IMG/VR virus record: IMGVR_UViG_3300045988_157661
Length of the DNA stretch: 35,495 nt
Direction: 5' to 3' (one strand)
Source of the DNA: a virus
How positions within the stretch are numbered: the stretch's first letter is position 1; every line of letters starts with the position of its first letter. The translations under genes were made by a program, and so were the position numbers. Below the pieces are notes generated by a model. That model did not search any database and was not told the DNA's origin. It saw nothing but the letters and a program-made list of their open reading frames with translations. Below are positions 7,894 through 15,124 of this stretch, one piece after another.

Positions 7894-8664
7894 ATGGATA
7901 TAAAAGATTCTATTTCCAAAAGCACGGAAACAATAGCTAAAAAGCCTACCTTGAAACCCTTTGAATTACTTAAAAAGAGCCTTACAAAAGGCTCTTACAA
8001 AGATAGATTTATCGATATATTAGGAGAAAAAAAAGGAATAGCGATGTGCCAAAATATAATATTAACGGCGTATTCAAGCTCGGAACTCCAAAAAGTTGAT
8101 CCATTAAGCATTATTTATTCCTCTTTGTGTGCAGCGGTAACAGATTTATCACTTGATAAGTCGTGCGCACAATCCGCAATAATCCCATACAAGGGAAAGT
8201 GCCAATTTCAGATAATGAAAAATGGTTATATAGAATTGGCATTGAGGTCAAATTTGCTTCAAACAATAAATGAAGCAAGAATATACGAGGGTGAAATAGA
8301 GGTTAACAAGTTTACAGGTGATGTGACATTTTTAAAGCAATTAAATGACGGTGTATATATCGGTAACCTTGCATTTATCCGTTATAAAACAGGCTTCGAG
8401 AAATTCAAGTACATGTCCAAAGAGGAAATTATAGAACATGCAAATAAATATTCGCAATCTTTCCGGCTAAAAAAAGGTCTTTGGATCGATGATTTTAATG
8501 TCATGGCTAAGAAAACGGTATTAAAACTATTGCTGAAAGAATTTGCGGCAAAGGCCGACATGAGGGATGTTGTTTCCCCTCTGGAACTCGGGTTGAAATA
8601 CGATCAATGCACCCCGATAAATGAAGAATTAACACAATTGGAATATTTAGACAATTTGTTATGA
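7894..8664 (+). CDS. recT: RecT-family single-strand annealing protein
   Basis: From ATG 7894 (the track start 7870 is GTG). SAIIPYKGKCQFQIMKNGYIELALRS...ARIYEGE...MSKEEIIEHANKYS...LWIDDFNVMAKKTVLKLLLKEF follows the RecT pattern. Overlaps the downstream exonuclease gene by 4 nt. Confidence 0.8.
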   Translation: MDIKDSISKSTETIAKKPTLKPFELLKKSLTKGSYKDRFIDILGEKKGIAMCQNIILTAYSSSELQKVDPLSIIYSSLCAAVTDLSLDKSCAQSAIIPYKGKCQFQIMKNGYIELALRSNLLQTINEARIYEGEIEVNKFTGDVTFLKQLNDGVYIGNLAFIRYKTGFEKFKYMSKEEIIEHANKYSQSFRLKKGLWIDDFNVMAKKTVLKLLLKEFAAKADMRDVVSPLELGLKYDQCTPINEELTQLEYLDNLL

Positions 8665-9605
8665 TACGGAAAATAGTTTTTAAGAATAGAGAAGAATGGC
8701 TAAAGCATAAAAATGAGTCATTTAAACTAAGTTCCTCAAATATAGGGATAATTTTAGGTTACAGTGAGTACATAACGCCCTATCGATATTGGGATAAGAT
8801 AAAAAAGGGTGAAATAACAGAAAATACAAATACAATAAGGGGAAATTTATTTGAAAATTCTATTGCTGAATATTTCGAGAATGTGAGCACGGAAAGAGTG
8901 ATAAAGAATACGCAAAAATACTTCGTTTTAAGGCGTGATGATCTGCCCGAATATATAGAAGTATCACCGGATAGGGAATTGTTCAAAAAAGAGCGTAAAA
9001 AACGTGTTATCCTTGAAGTAAAAGACACAAAGAGATATATAGACATTTACAATGATGATGAATTGCCAAAAGAGTGGTATTGTCAAATTCAATTTCAAAT
9101 GTATGTAGGAGGCTATGATACAGCTGTTTTATGCATTTATGACGGGAATAAGACGATACAATACAGGTACTTTAATTTGGACAAAGACTTTGCCGAGGAT
9201 ATTACAAATAGGGGGATCGAATGGACGGAAAAATATATTTTCGGGGATGGTGTTCCGGAATCCGATAATTTAGAAGACGTACAAATGAAATGCCTGCACC
9301 CGGATAAGGGCTCTTGTAGTGATGCGGAAGACTCTTTTAAAAACGTGATAGAAAGATACAACGAGTTAATAAAGAGCAAAAAGGAAATAGAAAAAGAGAT
9401 TGAAGAATATAAAAACATGGTAGCCGTGAAAATCGGTGAAAATGAACGGTTAAATATCGGCGGAATAGAATGTGCGACATTTAAAACCGAAAAAAGGGCG
9501 TTTTTCGATACGGATAAATTCATGAATGAAAATCCGGAAGAATATAAAAAATATATGTCAGAGAGGGAATACAGGATATTAAGGATTAAAAAACTAAAGA
9601 TATGA
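8661..9605 (+). CDS. YqaJ / lambda-Exo-like PD-(D/E)XK recombination exonuclease
   Basis: 314 aa. SSSNIGIILG...TPYRYW...RGNLFENSIAEYF...SPDRE...ILEVKDTK...WYCQIQFQMYVGG is the YqaJ viral recombinase motif set. Paired with recT. Confidence 0.75.
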   Translation: MIRKIVFKNREEWLKHKNESFKLSSSNIGIILGYSEYITPYRYWDKIKKGEITENTNTIRGNLFENSIAEYFENVSTERVIKNTQKYFVLRRDDLPEYIEVSPDRELFKKERKKRVILEVKDTKRYIDIYNDDELPKEWYCQIQFQMYVGGYDTAVLCIYDGNKTIQYRYFNLDKDFAEDITNRGIEWTEKYIFGDGVPESDNLEDVQMKCLHPDKGSCSDAEDSFKNVIERYNELIKSKKEIEKEIEEYKNMVAVKIGENERLNIGGIECATFKTEKRAFFDTDKFMNENPEEYKKYMSEREYRILRIKKLKI

Positions 9606-9838
9606 ACACATTAATGATTCTCTTGGCGATATTTATTATAGGATATTTTTTTTTGATTGTCTTATTTATAGCGATATGCCCGTTTTTCAGTTATAAGACA
9701 TTCCGATTTTTTATAAAAAAGTTTACTAATATAATGATCCCGGCATTAGGTTTAAGTTTTGCCATTTACGAAGGGGATGATTTAAACAGATTGTTAAACT
9801 ATACAGATAAATATATCAATGAAGAAAAAGAGCATTAA
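9602..9838 (+). CDS. Small membrane protein
   Basis: 78 aa with two hydrophobic segments (LMILLAIFIIGYFFLIVLFIAICPFF; IMIPALGLSFAIY). Start overlaps the upstream stop. Confidence 0.5.
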   Translation: MNTLMILLAIFIIGYFFLIVLFIAICPFFSYKTFRFFIKKFTNIMIPALGLSFAIYEGDDLNRLLNYTDKYINEEKEH

Positions 9839-9992
9839 AAGAGAAAGGCCGAATATGGTAAAATGTGTTGAATGCGCAAACCATTACGGCGGAGTAAGCA
9901 ATTATATGGTGTACTGTAAAAAATTAGGATTTTATAGATCCTTAGCGGCAAGAACTTGTGAGTATTTTGTAGAACTTAAAAAACAGAATTAA
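9819..9992 (+). CDS. Small Cys-rich (zinc-ribbon-like) protein, tentative
   Basis: Manual 57-aa ORF MKKKSIKRERPNMVKCVECANHYGG...VYCKKLG...ARTCEYFVELKKQN. Ends 1 nt before ATG 9994. Below the track cut-off. Confidence 0.3.
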   Translation: MKKKSIKRERPNMVKCVECANHYGGVSNYMVYCKKLGFYRSLAARTCEYFVELKKQN

Positions 9993-9993
9993 C

Positions 9994-11319
9994 ATGTTGG
10001 AGAAATTGACTAAAGAGCAAGAAAAAATAATGATCCAAACAAGGGATGAGTGGGCCAACCTGGTTTTTGATAACGTAAAGAATCAAAAGGGGATAGACAA
10101 AAAGATGTTTGAAGAAGGGATTGAATGGTTATATACCGATCTGCTTCACAAGCCTAAGCCAAAGGTAGTATATTGCGACAGTTGGCTAAGCTGTCTACTT
10201 ACTATTGCTATTCTCAAAGATGAAAAATTAAATAAGTCGATTAAAAATAAATTAGGGGCTTCTGTCGGGGCTTCTGTCCGGGCTTCTGTATGGGCTTCTG
10301 TATGGGCTTCTGCCCGGGATTCTGTATGGACTTCTGTCCGGGATTCTGTCCGGGATTCTGTCCGGGATTCTGTATGGGCTTCTGTCCGGGCTTCTGTCCG
10401 GGATTCTGTATGGACTTCTGTCCGGGATTCTGTCCGGGATTCTGTCCGGGCTTCTGTATGGGCTTCTGTCCGGGATTCTGTATGGACTTCTGTCCGGGAT
10501 TCTGTATGGGCTTCTGTCCGGGATTCTGTCCGGGATTCTGTATGGGCTTCTGTATGGGATTCTGTATGGACTTCTGTCGGGGATTCTGTCGGGGATTCTG
10601 TATGGACTTCTGTCCGGGATTCTGTCCGGGATTCTGTCCGGGATTCTGTTTTAAACATATTTAATTTGTATTCTTCATATATGGGTTTGTCGAATTATGG
10701 ATGGGTATCATTTTACGATTTCTTTGAGAAAATAAACATTGTTGATGATTTTAATTTCAAACAATACAAAAAGATATTAAAATCAGGGGTGTTTAACGCG
10801 TATGAATTTGAAAATTTTGTATTTGCTATTCAACCTCCGATATATGTTGAGAGAAATTCGCAAGGCCGTTTACATTCCACTTCTACGGCAGCAGTAAAAT
10901 TCAGAGATGGAAGTTCATATTATTTTATTAACGGTAGGCCGATCCCCGAATGGGTAGTAGAAAAAAAAGACGCAATAACAAAGGACCAATTTTTACAGGA
11001 GAAAAACTCGGATATAAAGGGGGCAATATATGAAGTATTAGGATCAGAAGGTTTAATAAACTTGTTGGGGGCGGAAATAACAGATACAAAAACAATACAT
11101 CATGATAACGGAGATGTAGAGACAGTAGAACTTTTGAAAACAAAAGACACTTTTCCCGAGCTTGACGATGATCCTTTGGCATGGGTAAAAATGACTTGCC
11201 CCTCGACAGGTACTAATTATCTTATTGGGGTAGACCCTCGATATAATGATGCAATAGAAGCGATCGCTTCATTATCACCATTTACCAAAGACGAATATTC
11301 ATTTAATTTCAGAAGTTGA
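9994..11319 (+). CDS. Tandem tetrapeptide-repeat protein with conserved N- and C-terminal domains (uncharacterised family)
   Basis: 441 aa. Residues about 89-219 are [A/D/T]SV[R/W/G] repeated. The flanks (LTKEQEKIMIQTRDEW...VVYCDSW and ...GWVSFYDFF...GRLHSTSTAAVKFRDGSSYYFINGRPIP) look like ordinary globular sequence. Confidence 0.75.
   Translation: MLEKLTKEQEKIMIQTRDEWANLVFDNVKNQKGIDKKMFEEGIEWLYTDLLHKPKPKVVYCDSWLSCLLTIAILKDEKLNKSIKNKLGASVGASVRASVWASVWASARDSVWTSVRDSVRDSVRDSVWASVRASVRDSVWTSVRDSVRDSVRASVWASVRDSVWTSVRDSVWASVRDSVRDSVWASVWDSVWTSVGDSVGDSVWTSVRDSVRDSVRDSVLNIFNLYSSYMGLSNYGWVSFYDFFEKINIVDDFNFKQYKKILKSGVFNAYEFENFVFAIQPPIYVERNSQGRLHSTSTAAVKFRDGSSYYFINGRPIPEWVVEKKDAITKDQFLQEKNSDIKGAIYEVLGSEGLINLLGAEITDTKTIHHDNGDVETVELLKTKDTFPELDDDPLAWVKMTCPSTGTNYLIGVDPRYNDAIEAIASLSPFTKDEYSFNFRS
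10258..10650 (+). repeat. About 33 head-to-tail copies of a 12-bp unit (consensus GAT TCT GTC CGG)
   Basis: Counted from the translation: 32 full units plus a partial one. Only three variable positions: codon 1 is GCT/GAT/ACT and the junction is GTCCGG/GTATGG/GTCGGG. A 48-bp super-unit (DSVW TSVR DSVR DSVR) recurs three times. Confidence 0.95.
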
Positions 11320-11320
11320 C

Positions 11321-11683
11321 ATGAAAGAGTTATTAAAAGGTCATGCCGGAGACGTACAATTCCGGCAAATAGAATTAATCCCGGTAGGGTTTAAAAAAGT
11401 GGACAACAAGCCCATTGCAGTGGGTAGCAGCGGCCATTGTCACGTAGTTACGGGTAATGTGGAAAGATATGAGTTAGACGACAAAGTAATCTACAAACTT
11501 AATGAGGATTCGAGATTACAGCATACAGACATTTCATTGATGAATGAACAGACATATTCATCAACTGAACTTTTGCCGATAAAGGATCATAAACCTATTT
11601 TGTTGCCCGCAGGAATATATCAGTTCTTTATACAGAAGACATATAATCCTTATACAAAATTGATGGAACAGGTAGAAGATTAA
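11321..11683 (+). CDS. Hypothetical protein (small beta-rich, GHCH motif)
   Basis: 120-aa ORF starting 1 nt after the previous stop. AVGSSGHCHVVTG...HTD...DHKPILLPAGIYQF recalls a phage family of unknown function. Confidence 0.55.
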   Translation: MKELLKGHAGDVQFRQIELIPVGFKKVDNKPIAVGSSGHCHVVTGNVERYELDDKVIYKLNEDSRLQHTDISLMNEQTYSSTELLPIKDHKPILLPAGIYQFFIQKTYNPYTKLMEQVED

Positions 11684-11697
11684 TTTAACGCTATTTA

Positions 11698-11728
11698 TTT
11701 GACAATTCAAAGTTAATTAGTACCTTTG
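11698..11728 (+). promoter_or_regulatory. Bacteroidota-type promoter: -33 TTTG (11698-11701), 19-nt spacer, -7 TAccTTTG (11721-11728)
   Basis: Exact match to the TTTG / TAnnTTTG consensus, located in an intergenic region. Confidence 0.55.
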
Positions 11729-11778
11729 TGATTGTTGACTACCACCAACAGAAAAATATTATATGGTTATAACCTTTG

Positions 11779-11822
11779 CCGGATAATTTTATGTGTGGTA
11801 GCGTAAAATTATCCGGTTTTTT
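11779..11822 (+). terminator. Intrinsic terminator: 13-bp perfect stem (ccggataatttta / taaaattatccgg), 12-nt loop, T6
   Basis: Arms 11779-11791 and 11804-11816 are exact complements, followed by tttttt at 11817-11822. Confidence 0.65.
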
Positions 11823-11834
11823 ATTTAAAGAATT

Positions 11835-12752
11835 ATGGGGGAAAAAACTTTCACTTTTAAAATTAGTTGGCATAAAGTCTTAACCAACTATTCGCCTGAA
11901 ATAAGACTTAAAGTATATGATTCCATCGCAGAATATGTCGAGTCAGGAGAAATGCCGGAAATAGATGAACCTACAAAAATGGCATTCCTTTTTATCAAAA
12001 ACGATATAGACGAAGAAATAAGAAAGAAAAATGAGATTTCAGAGAAAAGGAGAGAGGCAGCAATGCGTTCCGTAGAAAAAAGGCGCAAGCAAAAAGAAAC
12101 AAAATTAGCAATTGCTCAATTTGCTAACAAAGAGGAAGTTAAGGATGTTGAGCCCATATTTGAAGAGGTTGATAATCAGTATAATACAAACTTTAATGGT
12201 CAAAATACAGGGTCGGATATTCAAGATATTGAATACACCGAAATTCCTTTCCCGAAAGAAAGAAAAGAAAAAGAAATAGAAACAGAAAAAGAAAGAAAAG
12301 AAAAAAAAGAGAGCAATATATTATATAATATACTTAAAGAAAAAAAAGAAAATAAAGAAAAAGAAAAAGAAAAAGAAAAAGAAAATAAAGAAAATGACAA
12401 AAGAAAACATATAAAAGAAAATTCTTTGGTTGTAAAGTCGTTAGATCTTTCTTTTGTAAGGGATGATTTCAAAGAATGTTTCTGCATGTGGATAGAATAC
12501 AAACAAAGCTTGCCGGCAAAAATGAGATATAATTCAGAACTCGGAATAAGGAGGGCGTATAATCACTTATTCAAAATTTCAAACGGTGATCCATATATAG
12601 CGCAGGAAATAGTTGATAATTCAATAGCAGCATCATATCAAGGGTTATTCCCGGTAAGAAAATTCCAAAATAAAGATCCGAAAAGTATATCTGCAAGAAT
12701 GCTCGATGGGCTTAAAATGGATCTTGAAAAATGGAAAAACGATGAATGGTAA
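11835..12752 (+). CDS. Replication-organiser-like protein with an internal K/E low-complexity tract, putative
   Basis: 305 aa. N-terminus FTFKISWHKVLTNYSPEIRLKVYDSIAEYVESGEMPE...AFLFIKNDIDEE...SEKRREAAMRS resembles a domain common in Bacteroidota phage replication modules (recalled as DUF6291-like, unverified). The middle is KEKEKEKE. Confidence 0.4.
   Translation: MGEKTFTFKISWHKVLTNYSPEIRLKVYDSIAEYVESGEMPEIDEPTKMAFLFIKNDIDEEIRKKNEISEKRREAAMRSVEKRRKQKETKLAIAQFANKEEVKDVEPIFEEVDNQYNTNFNGQNTGSDIQDIEYTEIPFPKERKEKEIETEKERKEKKESNILYNILKEKKENKEKEKEKEKENKENDKRKHIKENSLVVKSLDLSFVRDDFKECFCMWIEYKQSLPAKMRYNSELGIRRAYNHLFKISNGDPYIAQEIVDNSIAASYQGLFPVRKFQNKDPKSISARMLDGLKMDLEKWKNDEW
12254..12421 (+). repeat. 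Polypurine (A/G) tract with GAAAAA-type hexamer runs, interrupted by an AT segment at 12314-12335
   Basis: Read directly: gaaagaaagaaaagaaaaagaaatagaaacagaaaaagaaagaaaagaaaaaaaagagag ... aaagaaaaaaaagaaaataaagaaaaagaaaaagaaaaagaaaaagaaaataaag... Confidence 0.8.
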
Positions 12753-12877
12753 TGTAATATTACTTGAAAAATAAACGACAACGCTATTTATTTGCCCTGT
12801 GTTGAATTATTTTGTCGAAGTGGTATAATTTATCAGATAAGAAATAAAAAGTGTCTTAAATCAAAAAAAACGAGATT

Positions 12878-13525
12878 ATGAATTTAGGGGAAGCAATGAA
12901 AACAAAAAAAATAAAGGAAATGTCAGAAAAAGATCTGAAATACTCCCTTAAACTTATACTTAGAAAATCTTCGGTAATATTGAGGGATTATATTTCAGAG
13001 GAGGATTTGGAAGTAATTTCAACGGCATTCTTTGAAAAAGTAAAATCGGATTTCATTGGGTTGCATATTGGGGAAATAGAATTGGTGGCAATCGATGTAG
13101 CGTGCGGTGAATATGGGGAAATATACAAATTGAATTTGCAAAAGATAATTTCCGCATTAAACAAATATCGGGTTTCAGCAAAAAGATACAATACTGTCAT
13201 AAATTCGGAGAATGATAATACAAAACAGTTGAGTATTAGTTCAGAATATTCAAATGATATTTCATTTAAAAATATTGTAAATGAAATGTTTAAGACATAC
13301 AAAGAAACAGGGTTGATCCCTGAGTTATACCCTACAAGCGTTCTAATCCCATATTTTATCAAAAACGGATATATATCCAATAATGACATTGAGTCAAAGA
13401 TAAAAAAGATGGGGTGCAGAACGGACGAAAATTACATGACAATGTATATCAACGCATGCAAAGAATTAATAATTGAAATTTTTGATAACAAAATATCATG
13501 TTTGAAGAAGACGAATACAGATTAA
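12878..13525 (+). CDS. Hypothetical protein
   Basis: 215-aa ORF (alternative ATG at 12896). No motif recognised. Confidence 0.55.
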   Translation: MNLGEAMKTKKIKEMSEKDLKYSLKLILRKSSVILRDYISEEDLEVISTAFFEKVKSDFIGLHIGEIELVAIDVACGEYGEIYKLNLQKIISALNKYRVSAKRYNTVINSENDNTKQLSISSEYSNDISFKNIVNEMFKTYKETGLIPELYPTSVLIPYFIKNGYISNNDIESKIKKMGCRTDENYMTMYINACKELIIEIFDNKISCLKKTNTD

Positions 13526-13809
13526 CAGAGAGGCCAAAGGAATATTTTGAATGGCTTAAAAATCACAAGAATTTCCCGGTAGACAGATACGACATTTTCA
13601 TGAATAAAATGAAAGCGAACGGGTTTAAAACTTTGGATATAAATAGCCGATCCGGGATAAGAGTGATAAATGAGGAAAACAATAAAATGGTAGATTACTA
13701 TCACAGGAGGCAAAAAGTTTGTTTTTATGTGGATGGACAACAGAAATGGGTGTTTGGATGCAGTCACCAATTTATTATCGATTTTTTGAACGGGGAAATT
13801 ACACTATGA
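13498..13809 (+). CDS. Hypothetical protein
   Basis: 103-aa ORF. Its stop overlaps the methyltransferase ATG (ATGA at 13806-13809). Confidence 0.5.
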   Translation: MFEEDEYRLTERPKEYFEWLKNHKNFPVDRYDIFMNKMKANGFKTLDINSRSGIRVINEENNKMVDYYHRRQKVCFYVDGQQKWVFGCSHQFIIDFLNGEITL

Positions 13810-14777
13810 ATACCCAAGAAAATATATTTACTCACGGTTCTTTGTTCAGCGGGATAGGAGGTTTCGATCTTGCTGCCGAATGGATCGGATGGAAAAACGT
13901 ATTTCATTGTGAGATAAATGAATTTTGTACTAAAATATTAAACTATCATTTCCCTAATGCAGAACATTATACAGACATCACAAAGACAGATTTTACAAAA
14001 TGGAGAGGTAAAATCGATGTTCTTAGCGGAGGATTCCCGTGCCAACCTTTCAGTGTCGCAGGAAAAAGAAAGGGAACGGATGATAACCGTTACCTCTGGC
14101 CGGAAATGTTGCGAGCAATACAAGAGATACGACCGACTTGGATTGTTGGTGAAAATGTTGCTGGAATCGTATCGATGGTACAGCCCGGTAAAGAGGTTGA
14201 AATGGGTTGCCAAGGCTCTATATTCGGAGAAGATAACAGAAAAAGAGTATTGTTGCGCCAAGAATATATCATCGAAACAATCTGTAAAGATATTGAACGA
14301 GAGGGATATTCCGTCCAACCGATTATTATTCCAGCTTGTGCCGTTGGTGCGCCACACAAAAGAGATAGGATTTGGTTTATTGCCAACTGTACAGACACAG
14401 GGGCTGAAAGTATGCAACAAACAGGGGAAAACGATATTCATGCCATTGGATTTACTCCCGACGCCAAGAGCGAACAAAGTCAATGGAGTAAATTTGAACA
14501 ACCCCAAAATGGCACAAAGGAACAAAGGGAATTTGGAAGAATCTGTTGCAAAAATCATTCAGGCCATACCATACGAGGATGGGGAAACTTCCCAACTCAA
14601 CCCCCTGTTTGTAGCAGAAATGATGGGGTTTCCACCAGATTGGACGGAATTACCTTTTCTAAATGGCGAGAAGAAAGTATAAAAGCGTATGGGAATGCGA
14701 TTGTTCCACAAGTGGCATACGAGATATTCAAGGCTATCAAGGGAACATATTATAAACCGAAAGGAGTTGGAAAATGA
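13806..14777 (+). CDS. dcm: DNA (cytosine-5)-methyltransferase
   Basis: From ATG 13806 (MNTQENIF...). Motif I LFSGIGGFD, motif IV SGGFPCQPFS, motif VI VGENV, motif VIII GAPHKRDRIWFIA, motif X YGNAIVPQVA. Confidence 0.9.
   Translation: MNTQENIFTHGSLFSGIGGFDLAAEWIGWKNVFHCEINEFCTKILNYHFPNAEHYTDITKTDFTKWRGKIDVLSGGFPCQPFSVAGKRKGTDDNRYLWPEMLRAIQEIRPTWIVGENVAGIVSMVQPGKEVEMGCQGSIFGEDNRKRVLLRQEYIIETICKDIEREGYSVQPIIIPACAVGAPHKRDRIWFIANCTDTGAESMQQTGENDIHAIGFTPDAKSEQSQWSKFEQPQNGTKEQREFGRICCKNHSGHTIRGWGNFPTQPPVCSRNDGVSTRLDGITFSKWREESIKAYGNAIVPQVAYEIFKAIKGTYYKPKGVGK
13957..14682 (+). other. 241-codon +1-frame ORF fully nested in the methyltransferase gene. Coding status unresolved.
   Basis: Track ORF. 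Its translation contains ...TSGRKC...NRLLFQLVP...GFGLLPTVQTQ...DLLPTPRANK...LNPLFVAEMMGFPPDWTELPF. See findings. Confidence 0.35.
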
Positions 14778-15121
14778 AAAGAGAAGAAATTGAAAAAGCG
14801 GCAAAAAAATACGCTAATGAAAACGCATATATACCAAGTGATATTTACGCTGAAAATAATATGATAGAAATGAAGGAAAGTTTTGCCGAAGCTTTCAGAG
14901 AAGGTGTAGAATGGTGCATAAATAGCATGTGGCATGATGCAGCCGAAGAACCTGAAAGAGAAACGGCAATCATCGTATTGTTTTCAGAAAAAAATCACGA
15001 AATGGAAACAGTATATTATACTTATGACTCTCCCGATGATTGTTGGGAGGAAATAAAAGAAAATCACAATTTTTCAAAATGGGCATATGTGGAAGATTTA
15101 ATACCTAATATGGAGGAATGA
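14774..15121 (+). CDS. Hypothetical protein
   Basis: 115-aa ORF whose start overlaps the MTase stop. WHDAAEEPERE... is loosely DUF551-like (weak). Confidence 0.55.
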   Translation: MKREEIEKAAKKYANENAYIPSDIYAENNMIEMKESFAEAFREGVEWCINSMWHDAAEEPERETAIIVLFSEKNHEMETVYYTYDSPDDCWEEIKENHNFSKWAYVEDLIPNMEE

Positions 15122-15124
15122 AAA

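Noticed and set aside
10258-10650. Possible CRISPR array because of the regular short repeats
   Set aside because: The units are contiguous 12-mers with no spacers, they lie in frame inside a long ORF, and there are no cas genes.
10146-10664. Track ORFs 10146..10658 (-, TESRTEVHTES...) and 10290..10664 (+, CPGFCMGF...) overlap the repeat protein
   Set aside because: Both lie entirely within the 12-bp tandem array. Any frame of a stop-free periodic sequence stays open. Only the 9994..11319 frame continues into non-repetitive, protein-like flanks.
12221-12502. Minus-strand ORF 12221..12502 (FSFSFSFS...) and the similar 7052..7264 (-)
   Set aside because: These are complements of polypurine K/E-coding tracts. 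They are low-complexity shadow ORFs.
12802-12829. Sigma-70-like TTGAAT-N16-TATAAT upstream of gene 12878
   Set aside because: The match is real but such hexamers are frequent in AT-rich DNA, and the other promoter evidence points to a Bacteroidota-type -33/-7 architecture. Not reported as a feature.
13938-14558. Antisense ORFs of 206 aa (13938..14558), 102 aa (14090..14398) and 81 aa (14559..14804) opposite the methyltransferase
   Set aside because: The translations are hydrophobic or low-information with no motifs. Antisense shadow ORFs are common opposite strongly coding regions. I kept them only as a caveat that stop codons are depleted at this locus.
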